Positions 27,245-40,226 of a DNA stretch of 64,000 nucleotides are shown piece by piece. Source of the stretch: Gordius albopunctatus (lineage: Eukaryota); the NCBI GenBank assembly GCA_964276515.1, contig OZ193909.1, positions 5,084,001 through 5,148,000 on the forward strand, in the 5' to 3' direction. How positions within the stretch are numbered: position 1 is the first letter of the stretch; each line of letters opens with the position of its first letter. The notes under the pieces are model-generated. The model saw only the letters and a list, made by a program, of their open reading frames with translations, made no database searches and was not told the DNA's origin. Both the position numbers and the translations under genes were made by a program.

Positions 27245-27799
27245 AAAAAAGTTAAATGATGTTGGTAGTTCGTACTAAAATAATCAGTTGACAACTGGTC
27301 AAAACTCAATTTTTATTATAAATATGAATCCCTTTCTTCGTATAAACTACCAAAAGGATAAACAAGTGGCTACCAATTTAAAATATAGTCCAGATTGAAT
27401 TGTTTTTCCTCATTTTAATTAGACCTCCCTATTATAACATGATTTGAATATTTACAGTAAAGTAACATCAAGGCTGCCGTTCACTTCTCTTATTTAGCAA
27501 AATGAATGTTAGTTTTTTCTTACACTTTATGAAGATATGCAAATTAACAATTAATACCTTTAGAATTATGGTTTCTTCTTAAGAGAGGTAAGTAAAAATA
27601 TCCTTTAGGATTTGAACAAGTAGGTAAATTCTAATTAAGAGGAAAATTGTTACTTTAAAATTTTCAAGCCCCCCCCCCACCGGTTTTAGAAATACCCCAA
27701 TAAATATTTTAAAAGAAAACTTGTTTAAAACCAATTGGTGGGGTTGGATTGATAAAATAGGTACAGGGAAATTGACAGCGGTCTCTAAAAGAAATATAT

Positions 27800-27935
27800 C
27801 ATGGGCGTAGCTGGGGGGGGCAGTTTTTTAAATGCAAAAAGCCTTAAAAATTAAAATATTTATTTCCCCCCCCCCCTTAATTAAAATTTTGAACGTTTCG
27901 CCCCTCCCCTAATCCAAAACCTGGCTACGCCCATG
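27800..27935. mobile_element. CATGGGCGTAGCC-family MITE
   Basis: TIRs CATGGGCGTAGC / GCTACGCCCATG. No clear TSD. Confidence 0.8.
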
Positions 27936-28210
27936 TAATGGGAAAGTACAATATATAATATTCTATATCATTTTATAATGAGTCCGCTATTCTTGCTGAC
28001 AAGAATAGTTCCAGCAAGCAACATATATTTACTACTAGACATGACCATCAAGAGATGTGTATGCTCTTCTGTTCTCGTGACATTATATATAGCAAATAAA
28101 ATGCGTGAAGAGCGAAGTCAGGACATGAATAAAATTGCAAGCAACGAGCAGTAAGCCTGAGCATTTATCTAAGGTAGTAAGCAATTTTCGCTGCAAATGG
28201 CAAGTGCAAG

Positions 28211-29519
28211 TAGAGCCCTGCAAAATTGAATTTTATCGGCCCGAGCCCGACCCGAGCCCGAAACCTTTTTTTATTTTTTGTCCGAGCCCGACCCGAACCC
28301 GATTTGTTATTTTGAGTCAGGACCGACCCGAGCCCGAGCCCGGCCCGACTTTTGTAAAAATGTAAATTTGTACCAATTTTATTTCAAAAATTTTGTTTAT
28401 AAATATATTACGTATCGCAAATATTATGTGATTTAAAATATGAATAATTATGGTAAATAAATAAAGTGGAGTCTAATTTATCGGGTTTTAACGAAGTCCT
28501 TCTCTCTTCGTAAGCTCGCCCAGCTGTAGAAAAGGCTCGCTCACTGCTAGCTGATGTAGCAAGTATTGCCGAATACTTTCTAGCCAAATTGCTCAAACAA
28601 CCATTCCAAAACTTCCATACCATCAATATAATTCGTATTTAAATATTTATGTAATTCATCTTCCTCAGCTTCGTTATCTATTCTGGGTTCTTCCCAACTA
28701 CTAAAATCTAAAAATTCTTCCTCCATTATATTATCTAGAAAAATAATAAGTGCTTATTGCAAATTAAAAAATTACCATGCTAGACGGCTATACTAGGCGT
28801 AACTGTATTAACCGGAGGATTAGCCTTAATCCTTTCCTCCATAATTATTAAACTTCGTATATGATGACAAATATCATCAAATTCATAGCGAGGCAGAATT
28901 ATTAAATTTCGATACTTTGGATTTGATAATGCGGATAATTTATGAATAATATCAAGTTCAAATTTTGAATTTAAAAACGAAAGGGCCTTTTTGGCCAAAG
29001 TGTTAAACTCTTCGCTAAAAAAGGGTTTTTTCAAACATTCGATTAGTCTGTAATAGCATAAGAGTACCATGTTAATGGTCGGCTTTGCATCAGCCTCCAA
29101 TTCATCACTAGCCGTTTTAAATGGCTTCAGAAATTTTATTAGGCTTTTAACTATTTCTATATCGATATTCTCTATAATTATCGAATCACCCTGTGATTGC
29201 AAAACAGCCGATATATTATTATATTGGTTGTATTAGGGTTTAAAAACACGCAACGCGTCTAAATCAAAAACTTAAAATCAAACAAATTAATATATGGAGG
29301 GTAGTAAAATTCTAAATATTTATTTGTAGGGGGATTATTTTGTATTGTAATTATATTTTGGATTAATATTTATTCAAATTTTTTTTCGGGCTCGGGCCAC
29401 GGGTCGGGCTGGCCCATCAGGCCCGATCAATGTTTTAAAATTTGCCCGAGCCCGGCCCGAAAGCCCGTCGGGACGGGCCGAACTCGTGAAGGGCCTCGGA
29501 CGACCCGTGCAGGGCTCTA
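28211..29519 (-). mobile_element. Internally deleted hAT DNA transposon with C-terminal transposase fragment
   Basis: 12-bp TIR TAGAGCCCTGCA/TGCAGGGCTCTA, 8-bp TSD AGTGCAAG/AGTGCAAT, and subterminal GCCCGA repeats at both ends. ORFs FLKPFKTASDELEADAKPT and ILATSASSERAFSTAG..RRTSL (hAT dimerisation domain); premature stop at ~28780. Confidence 0.92.
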
Positions 29520-29566
29520 AGTGCAATTCAAGCGGTGCGATGTAATCAATTTGAATATGTAAATGA

Positions 29567-30000
29567 CATGGGCGTAGCCAGCTTTCGGATCAGGGGGGGG
29601 GGGGGCGAGCAAAAAAAATCGCCGAGACTAAGTGAGAGCAAAAAAAAAAAGACCTTTTTTTGGTATTTAACGTTAGTAATTTTGCTATTCTTTAGCCTCA
29701 ACCCACATAAAAACTCATTATTAATCAACAGTACAGTGTACAGAGGATATGTAAACGATGTATGAAGGAACTAACACAAACGCAACTACTAATCTCAATA
29801 TTTAATTTTTATATAATTTAAATTTGCGTCAAAAGGTCGTGAAATAAAATTTTCAACATAAAACTTAATTTCAATCAGGGGGGGGCGAAACACTAATTTT
29901 TTCCAATTTTTACATAAATTTACATTAAAAAATAGAAAAATTCTCATTCAGGGGGGGGGGGGCCGCCCCCCCCCTGCCCCCCCCCCTGCCTACGCCCATG
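29567..30000. mobile_element. Long CATGGGCGTAGCC-family MITE
   Basis: TIRs CATGGGCGTAG / CTACGCCCATG; perfect 8-bp TSD GTAAATGA. Confidence 0.92.
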
Positions 30001-30739
30001 GTAAATGACGTTGTATAGAAAATCGTTTTAAACCTAGAAACTTGTTTAACATCATTGGAAAAAATTATATGACCACATACATGTATTGAAAAGTTAACAT
30101 GTGCTATAGTTTTTAATAAAGGTGCAAATATAAAATTTTTAGAAATTTGTCATTATATATGTCTAAAATATATTTGTGATTATTTACAGGTTCTCTTTAA
30201 ATGTGACTTGATCAAATACAATACGTTGTAAAATTTTAAGATTCGCATTTTGTAGTCTGAGACCCACAGGTAATTTATATCATAATTTTCGCCTAAAGTA
30301 TGCTTATATATTAATATTAACAAGTCTTTATGCAAATTAAAGGTTGACGTGATAGGTGTATACATATATTACTCAACCAAGCCAGAAATACCTTGTAGTA
30401 GTGGGTTAGTTTGGGTACACTTATGATCATAGAATCTATTCGTAGTTAAATACAATTATATCTTTGTTATTGGTTGGGTCACCTTATTGGCAAGGTTCCT
30501 GGTGAAGAGTCAGACCAAAATTTTTCTGCTTTGATAAAGTTTTAGTGAAAATAAAGTGCTAGATTTCCCTAATAATACGAGTCGCTCCAAAAAAGTTAAA
30601 TCACCAAGATGTTGTCATCTTAAAGAATAGTAGGTCAAGCACCATCTAACATAGTTCCGTGACGCTTGGAAAGCCGATCTATCGGTACTTTATCAATCCA
30701 TGTAAACCAAAATTTATATTACAACAAAAAACAGCATGG

Positions 30740-30892
30740 CATGGGCGTATCCAGGTTTTGGATTAGACGGTAGGGAGGGGGGGGGGCAAAACGTTCAAAA
30801 ATTTAATTGGGGGTGGGGGGGGGGCAAAACATAATTTTTTTAATTTTTAAGGCTTTTTGCATTGATAAAAAAATTTTTTCGTCATTTAGATG
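30740..30892. mobile_element. CATGGGCGTAGCC-family MITE (3' TIR deleted)
   Basis: 5' TIR CATGGGCGTATCCAGG; flanked by identical 8-mers CAGCATGG. Confidence 0.75.
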
Positions 30893-31077
30893 CAGCATGG
30901 TACCAAGCTAAGGCGTACTACTTAAGCCACGCGCTTTTCTAGCTTGGAATGAGTGCAAAATAAAATAAGGCTACCTCTATTTCTCAACCAACGGAAGCGG
31001 TTAAAGACATTAATATGTGTCTAATCAAGTTTGGGTCATGGAATAATGCAAGAGAGATAATTGACTAGGGACATTTT

Positions 31078-31236
31078 CATGGGCGTTGCCAGGGGGGGGG
31101 GGGCTCTGAATGACGAAAAAAAATTTTCAACGAAAAAACCCTTAAAAATTAAAACAAATTATGTTTTGCCCCTCCCTATTTAAACTTTTAAACGTTTAGC
31201 CCCCCCCCCCAAATCAAAAAACTGGCTACGCACATG
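31078..31236. mobile_element. CATGGGCGTAGCC-family MITE
   Basis: TIRs CATGGGCGTTGCCAG / CTGGCTACGCACATG; TSD GACATTTT/GACGTTTT. Confidence 0.88.
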
Positions 31237-31439
31237 GACGTTTTAAGGAGACGAATATCGCTTGTATACAAGATACCAAATGGAATGATCAAAAAGCGAA
31301 ATTTTTAGGTAAACATTAAATGGCGGGGGTATAGTATTATCAAAAGTATTTTATCAAACCGTCGTCGACTTACAAAAAATAAATAATAGAATTACTCCTC
31401 CGATTCAGCTGTGTTTCAATTAACTTTGTATCAATAAAC

Positions 31440-33060
31440 GCTCCTTAATGTGGATGCTCTGAGGTGGTAAAAGATTGTTTTCGAATCGATGAATATATGA
31501 TATTTCAATTTGGTAAAGATGGGCTCATGGTCGGTAAATCATGATGTAATTATTAATCACGGTGATTGGGTTTAAGGCTTAATATGTGAAGGAATATAGA
31601 AATTTTAAAACTGCTTGAACTCATGACTTAGCTATTGGCAATACCTTTTTCAGCAAGATACAGGAATACCTTATTAAGTACAAAAGCAGCAGCCATACCA
31701 CTCAGATAGATTTCTTTCTCGTCAACAGAATGCACCTAAAGAATGAACACAGCTTGCCAACACAAACTGTCGGTAAAGGACTATATATTAAAGCGCAAAA
31801 GGTATAAAGAGTAGCGGTTACAATGAAATGGAGAAGACTAAAGGATGATTCCACAATTTCGGAAAAGAATAATAAGACATGCTAAATTTAAAGAAAATAC
31901 TTCGTGTGAGGATGAGAGGAATGGTGTATCCTACACAGTGCGCAAAACGGAAAAGATCAATTTTAGGTGAGAGCATGCACAATAAAAGAGGTTTTTAAGG
32001 AGTCGTTTTGGAATGAATAAATGTATCAAAGAAAGAAGAGATTGTAAAATGTTTGGTATATTAGCAAAGATAATAATGATAAGCAAGCTTAACAAATAGC
32101 TAAAATATCGGCTAAAAAAATAGGTAGAAAAAGCTAAAAACAAGGTGTATGCTCATATAAATGAAAAACTAAACTTTAAGGGAGGTAAAAGATTGATCTA
32201 CAAAATATCAAAGTCAAGGGCCCGACCAAAGATCAAATGGAATGCAGGCTAATCAAGGACGAATGGAGGATACCAACATACGGCAGCCATATATTACAAA
32301 GATGGTACGACTATTAGAGTGATCCTTTAATTGAAAATAGGCCCAAAAACAAGAAAGTATAATAGGTGTAAATGTAACGTATTCACGTTGGAACCACAAT
32401 ACTCGAAACTAAAAATTGATTGTAAAAGTTCGAGACAACCAATTCGGATTTATGCCGGAGAGGTCTATATCAGATGCCCTGAAAGGTGATAGATGATTAA
32501 TGAAATGGTTTAGAGAAGGGGGGGGGGCAATATGCACATATGTTTCATAGATCTAGAAAGGGTGTTTGTTAGAGTCCGTTGGGCATTAGTATGAAGATGT
32601 CTTAAAGAAATTAAGGTTGCAGAATTGTGCGTTTGAGCCATAAAAGATATGTACACGAGGAATTGAACGTTTGGGGATGGGGACTAGAAAGGGTTTTGCC
32701 ATTAACACTGGAATCTATCAAAGTTCAGCTGTTAGTCTCTTCCTATTTGATAATGGTTATATTGCAAAGGATTTGGGCGAGGAAACTCCCTGGGCAATGA
32801 TCTTGGCAGACAATATAAACCTTTGAAAAGTAAACCAGAATTAGCTAATACTTTAAATAAATGGAGAAATGCAATATAAGAAGTTGGTAATCGAACAAAA
32901 CTGAAAACATTACGACAAAGTTTGAATCAGATGAAAATCGGCCATGTGCATTTCTTATATTAGACGAATGGGAACTTAAAAGCGTGGCGTTCTCCATGCG
33001 GCCTACAGTTCAGTGGGCTTTGAAAAAATTAATTCTTTGAATTATTCATAGTATGCTGGA
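31440..33060 (+). mobile_element. Degenerate RTE-clade LINE remnant (endonuclease tail + reverse transcriptase)
   Basis: DNQFGFMPERSISDA at ~32435, HICFIDLERVFVRV at ~32535, GIYQSSAVSLFLF at ~32710 and PWAMILAD at ~32790 are decayed RT motifs in the expected order. Many stops. Confidence 0.75.
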
Positions 33061-34249
33061 TGGATTAATTAATAGTTTGTGATTATTAAGGTGGAATAAC
33101 AAATCCACCCTAATTAGTAAAGAAAAAGATTTAACTTCACCAGACCGCCACCCCCCCCCCCCCGGAATTACATAGTAAATAAATATTGCTTGTCGAATAA
33201 TATAGAAGTGCCTTGATTAGAAGCTTAACAAAAAAGCCGAATTGACGAGGTCGGTGAGGGTCAAAGTCGGAGTTTGGGGGCGTAAACCGATAGACGTACA
33301 TAAGACTGAGTTTTAAACTTAAGTTATTTCGTAAAGATAAATTTATTTTCCGCAGATCTCCCAATGGCCGGATGATTTTGATAAAAAAGTTTTGAGCCTA
33401 AGTTTGCATCGGAATGGATAGGGTGCTGGCAATAAATTTAAACATTAAATAAAAGTGTGCGACATCATTGTCTATTGTAAATTTGAAATTGTTAAAAATT
33501 GGTTTTTATTTTAAATTCAAGTGCACTATTTATTAATTTTAGATGAGTCGGGTTTGGCAAAGCTAGAAATAACTAGTTAGATTTATCGTATCTCATTCAA
33601 TTTCAAACAAAAGTCATTTTCGGCCCTAGAGATTTCTTTGAAAGATTAATAAAACTTTTAATAATAATCTAGGCCATACATGTCACCTTAACAAATTATT
33701 TGAAATTAAGGAATACTCTTTGTAAACCATTTAATCTAAATAAAAACCATTAAGCTTTAGATAGATTAAAAGTATGTATGTGTAAACATACATAAATGAG
33801 AAGTTAATACAAGTGCAACCTTAATTAACCTTATAATCCCAGCTATTTACAAAAGAATTACTATTTCCTTATTGCAGTGAGATCATAGCACACCTAAAAT
33901 TATAGAATTCTAAAACACATTTGACTCCTCGGTGTATACCTATCTACTATGTTTCTCTAAACCTGAAAAAGATTATTAAATTTAAATTTCTATGACTTAT
34001 TTTTATAATTAATAAGATGGAGATGTCGAAATAGGGTTGGCATTGCCTTTCTACCAATTTTTAATTTTCCGCCAATATAAATCTAGCCAACACTTTAATC
34101 CGTCCACCTTTCCCCAACTAAGTTCAGGCTGAGATAATTTTGATATGTTGAATCGAGAAAATTAGAAAAATTTAAAATCTATGAGCGACTACCACCCCTG
34201 CTGCGCTTAATAAGATTTGTGATTATTGTTGCAATGTTTGACAAAATTT

Positions 34250-34550
34250 CCCTCTTATCTAAGGTTTTGAAAAATTTGACAAACATAGGATTAAAGCAAA
34301 CAGGATAGGGCTAAGTGATTAGGCTTGCCGATTTGGATTTCTAAGGGCTTTAGGTTCTGCATCTGATTCCGACACCTATTATTTCAAGAGCATAAAGCCA
34401 TTTTTAACAATATCTGGCAATTATCTCTGAATAAAAATGCTTAATACACATCTAGTTTTTTCAAATATATGCTTTAAAACGTTAAAAATTCAAGAATGAA
34501 TAAAATAGTTACGAATGGGCCATCTAGATACTAGCCACGTAATTATTAAT
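34250..34550 (-). mobile_element. Possible highly decayed reverse-transcriptase fragment
   Basis: The minus strand reads RQA*SLSPILFALIL, resembling the RQGDxLSPxLF RT motif. Little else is recognisable. Confidence 0.3.
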
Positions 34551-35528
34551 TCTCTGCTACCTGCTCTGTCCCATCCCTCACCCAGACAGGACATATAGGT
34601 CATATATTCCCCGCGTCTTTCTAAAAGACAAGGGGGAAAAATTGCTATTTTAAAGTCTCATCATCCATCGGTCACTATCACTAGGATAGTTGCTGATGTC
34701 ACGCATCAATTCCACCATGCGGACAATTAGATGACCTACAAAAAGCGACCGGGTATTATGAATATTTTATGGCCCATCAAACCCCCCCCCTCCCCCTAGC
34801 GCTGGTAATGCATTCGGTTTTATGGTTAGTGGCAGAAATCTCTGTGATTTTTACGAGCATAAACACACACACTGCACTGCGGAGGTATAAGGAGTAATCT
34901 AAGTCATTCCTTCATTCCCCCCTTAAGAATCTTTGTTTTGTAAAGCAACGTTTCCCCATTATAGCTGGTATAGGTTGTCACACTTCTCATTATAATCATT
35001 ACATGCTTCTTCCATATTGCTTCCTTAAATAATAATCAATCATCAATTTAGTATATTGTTTTTGAATCCCTAAATAATTTTCCTCCCGCACAAATTGAAT
35101 CATTGAGGTTTCGAATAAAAATAAATTAAATTCCCATTGCTTGGAAAAATTCTAATATTATCAAATTTCGAAAAATTATTATTTATTGAGATCGCTGAAA
35201 GTAAGTAAAAATTCTTTACATATACGAATAAATTTTAATTATTAATATTTAGTTTTTAAATTATAGCAATTCGCAACAAAAAAGTTTGTTTGGAAACTTA
35301 TAATGTTGTAATATATATTTTTTGTTAAAGGGGTAAATAGGGTTGTTTTATAACATTTTGATAATGCGTCTCCACAGGATTTAAAGGAAACAATTTGAAG
35401 AAATTACTTGTATAATGACAATTTGTATAAAACACATATTTTTGAAATACATTCCTCCTCAGCTGAATTAAAAAAATCTGGACATCCAATTTTGGAAGTA
35501 ATTGGTCGGAAATATTTATACCTTTTAC

Positions 35529-35698
35529 CATGGCCGTAGCCAGCATTGGAATTAGAGGGGGGTAATAATGATTTAGGGAGGGGCAAAATGAAAATTTTTT
35601 TAAATTTTAGCCATAATTTTAATAAATTTCAACAATTTTTTGGATTTAGAGGCGGGTAGCCGCCCCTTCCTGCCCCCCCCCCCTTGTCTATGCACATG
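35529..35698. mobile_element. CATGGGCGTAGCC-family MITE
   Basis: TIRs CATGGCCGTAGCCAG / CTATGCACATG; TSD CCTTTTAC/CTTTTTAC. Confidence 0.8.
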
Positions 35699-37148
35699 CT
35701 TTTTACAATTATTATAAAATATATCGATTTTAAATATTTATAAATAAAATGAGAAAAAGTTAAAAATATACACTAAAATACAAACGTTTTGTAGGATTTT
35801 ATATTACAACTGTATAAGATTAAACAATATAATAAGTTGTATTTAAGGTAATTGATTTAATTAATCGAGAGTGAAATAGAGAATTTTTACTAATTTAAAT
35901 ACCAAACTTTAAAACGACATTAAAATATTACAAATATAAAATTTGTAGTCATTGCTTATTTACAAAAAATATTCAATTTTCTTCCCCGAACATTAATTTC
36001 CCTATTAAAGGCCTAATTAATGATATTTAAGGATTATTTCACTTTTCTAAAATTGTAATACCAATATTATATGATAATGTTACACGACTCATTTAAACAT
36101 TTTGGATTTGGCACATATACCTGTTTCTAAACTTAGTGATTTAGCCTTTAAGATCAAGCCTCTAAAAGTATGGGGTTTTGTAGCAAACACTTGAAGGAAA
36201 ACATTTTTACTACCACCAACTCTACGTTAATTTGATTTAATACCGTATTGAACCCGTTTTTACGTGAGAAAGTTGACACTACTTATTAGTGTTTAGAGCG
36301 AATTTTAACCTTTATGATGCTAGTGAAATCGCAAACAAGATTTTAATTAAAGAGCGCTAGCTTTTGACATAATTTAACCTAAATAATAGATTAAGTTTCA
36401 TTAAACCCCGCAGTGCTATAGTTTGACATTTTCAATCATTCCAATAATTGATTTCTTAATTAAAAATGTTTTGCCTGTATAATTTCCTCCTTTAATTGCT
36501 CCAAAGGTCCCGCACTGGTAGTTAGGGTCGGGGTTTACAGTGCAATCAAATATATTTGAAAATTAGTGAAAAGATATCATTTTTTGTAATTTTTTCCTTG
36601 ACAATATCTTTTATATTAAGGTTCAGATCAGAGCTATCTGAGCACAAAACATGGACTTTTTATGAATCATCAAAGCGCCCATCGATATTTAGTACGCTAC
36701 ATAGTATTTTTTTTATTGGCTAATAAACCTTATACTCTACCAAGATCATTCGAAAATTAGGTCTAAAAATATTGATTATCATCACCTCTTACGTTTGAAA
36801 TATGGCTAGCGCTACTAACTATCAAAATAGAAACTTAGTTTATTTTATTATTTTATGAATAATATTGTTTAAATTTTGATTAAATTCATAGTATCAAAAG
36901 CACATACTACGCCATATATTGTTCCTTTAAAAAAAGATTTCTTCACTTAAAATTCCTTTTCTATAAGGTCTATGCTTACGAACCTGTAAGGTAAATTGCA
37001 GATCAATTATTTAAGACCCAGATTTTTTACAGCCTCAAAAATTATTCTCCCACGACTCTTTTCCAACTTTCTCAAAAATCGAGTTTAAAGTCTGACCAGT
37101 GTGACCTAATTCGTTACCACCATATTTATTTCTTGGTGAGGTTGACCA

Positions 37149-37460
37149 CATAGGCGTAGTTAGATGCCCGCTCCCTCTAAATCCAGAAACTCTTAAAAAT
37201 GTAATATACTAATTGGTCGCCAAAATTAATAAAAATAATCATTTTGCCCCTCCTTAAATCATTAATGCCCCCTATAAATTTAATCCTGGCTACGTCCTTG
37301 GTTCAACACTTTCATTTTCTTTAAGATTTGTACATAGAAATAATTTAGAGAAAAGACGGCTGTCTACATGGGCGTAGCTAGGGGCCCTAAAATTTCAATT
37401 CAAAAACCCTTAAAAATTAAAAAACTTTTGTTCCCCCCTCCCCTAATCTAAAACCTCATG
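37149..37460. mobile_element. Two adjacent CATGGGCGTAGCC-family MITEs (37149-37300 and 37367-37460)
   Basis: First copy: TSD GTTGACCA/GTTCAACA. Second copy: perfect TSD GCTGTCTA with a shortened 3' TIR. Confidence 0.8.
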
Positions 37461-40226
37461 GCTGTCTATGCTATTAAATAGAGCTATACACATCGGTAAC
37501 GCTACCCAATCCCCGGCCCCCCCCTTTAAAGCCAAAATATTAATCCCCGACCGGTCGAACTCTCATTAATAGTTTATAAAGTGATTTGTATATAATTCAT
37601 TGTTATATATCTTATATTACACCCATTTCAAAACTGTTCGCATCAATAAGTGTCACACTTTAATTCAAACATACTACTTTAATGCAAGAGTTTGCTGCAA
37701 TGCTTATGACATTGTCACTTGAATGAAACACATTATTAGAAACTACTAAAAATCTATAACTACCACGCTACCTCGTGTCAAATGTCAAAGTTGAGATTGA
37801 CAATATTAATTGTTAAAACTCGACGACACAATAACAGTACCCAAGGTGCAAAGTAATTAACACGAACCCCGTCTACACAGTCTTTTCCGCTCCAGATAAC
37901 AGGTCCGCTTCCCCTGTTGAACGTTTCATTTACATATTTTTGAAAATGGAGGGAGGCGAAGGGAATGAAATAGAATAGATTTTAACAAGCCAGTGTTGTC
38001 TATTAGTTTATGTAATATTGATGACTTTTGGGTTTCTGTTCAAATTTGTTTGCCCTAAAGAAGGTGTTACAAGAAATGAGTTTATTGTGGTGTAAAAATG
38101 TTTTATTGAGTGCGTAGGAGATCGGAAATTTTATTGAGGAGGAAGGAGAGATTCATGTTATACAACTTATATGAACTTAGTATATTTATGAGGGAAGATT
38201 TAACTTGTACCCCCCCCCAATCCATTATATATATATATATATATGACACTGTACTTGACTTTATAATTACCTGTGCGTAGTTTTTATTAACCACCCACCA
38301 TGTACCAGGAGAAAAAGAAAAAGACCGTTTAAAGCTCCAGGCAAGCTTTCGAAAAAAAAGTATTAAAGTAATGTTAATCAATGCGACAAACATTTACAAC
38401 TTTTTAAGAGTAAACTCAATTGTTCATTAATTGGTTTAATTAATTAGCTTGTCTTGACCGATCAGGTCTAAATAATTGAAAAATAAGTTATTTTTTAGGG
38501 TAAGAAGTTAGTTGTTTTATAAAGGCCAAATCGCAAAATAATATGATTTATCAAAATGATTACATTTTTATCTGCTAGGTTAAATTGGATTTATTTGGGT
38601 GAAACAGGGTTTCTTACAGCACACGCTAAATAATGAAATTAATACATCTAAGGAAGTAAGAACAAAGTAATATGACGTTTTACGTGTACTTTTGTGGTAT
38701 CTACTAAAACATAATACCAGTTCAACATTCTAGTTTTCCTTTAATTTGAAACATATTAAATTCACTTTTGCAAAAAATTTATATTAATACTATTATATTA
38801 ACAATGTTAATGTTCTAAACTTACCAAAGAATTAATTACATGATCATAATAAAGAATTACATGATTAATCGGAGCTAAATAATTGGGTCGTAAAAAATGA
38901 GATGAACCGTTTAGTTTTGTTTACGAGAGGGTCAAAATAATTTTGTAATTCTTTGTTATATTTAGGGTAGAATGGTTTAGGCTGAGAAGCTTAGCTATGT
39001 AAAAAAAACCAGTGAGTTCTGTCCAACCTGTGCCAACTCTTATATCCTTTATCAATTTAATAACGCTTAAAAGATGAAAAAAAGTTGTACTTTTATCTAT
39101 GATTAGTTTAATTTTATATAAATCCATGCCACAAGGGCAGCTTATCCGCCTAAAAGGAAATATGTTCTAAACTTGGCCCTTCCACTAATGTTTTTTTGAG
39201 ATTTTTAATATAGGACACTCACTGATTGGGTATATAAGATATAGGAGACGTAGATATTAGTAGCCTTAAAAATTTAAACCGTTCATAGTAAAACAATTTT
39301 TTAAACATCGTTTCTTAGGACTATTTTTTTAAAGTCTTTTGTTAAATCCCGAGGAAAAAAATTAACAGCTCTTCTAAAAATTCAAACAAAATTCTAGAAA
39401 TCTTAAAATTGTCTGGGGTGTCTTATCTTATCCCTCTTTGAAGAAAAATGACATTTTTTAAATAATTTTTGCAATTAAAAAACCTTTTTTGTCATTAAAT
39501 TGATTATCTTTAATAAATATTAATTGTAAATACCCACGCCTCCATAAAAACATATTTTATACTATTTTTCGCTTAGCATATCAATATCAGTTTCGATCTT
39601 GACAGCCATAGGGGAAGTGCTAAACTTACTAGCCCCGATCCCTATATTTTAACAAATAATAATTTACCATATTAAAACTAAAATAAAAGTAACATTAGAA
39701 AGGATTATTATAATGAATATTTGTTTATGAATAAAATTTTAACTCAGAATATATATATAAAATTAACAACAATATTATATCATTACTACCCACCTCCGTC
39801 CCTTCAAAAAACAACCTTTTATTTCCTTATAAAAAATTAAAATAAAATCAAACAATCTATTTTTTTGCTTAGGATAAGATGATATACATAGGACACTAAC
39901 TTACTATTTTGAAAAGTAACTTGAAAATACTAGAATATCAAGTCTAAAAAATAACCTGGGTTCCTAACAAATTTAAAATTAGCATTATATTTTTTTACTT
40001 TTCGGCCTTATCAAGCACGTATTAATCTCCTATCTGGCTTAATTGGCCAAATTATTAAATATACGATTTTAATGATGTGGCTTAGTAATGTTAAATATTA
40101 TTTAACTTTTAGCTTTAAGCCAAATTTTGATTTTGATAAGACTTTTAAAACTAACTTATATATATTTGGAAAATGATAGTTTTTACTAAATGTGTTTTGC
40201 AAACTTTGTATATGTATTGCAGGTCG

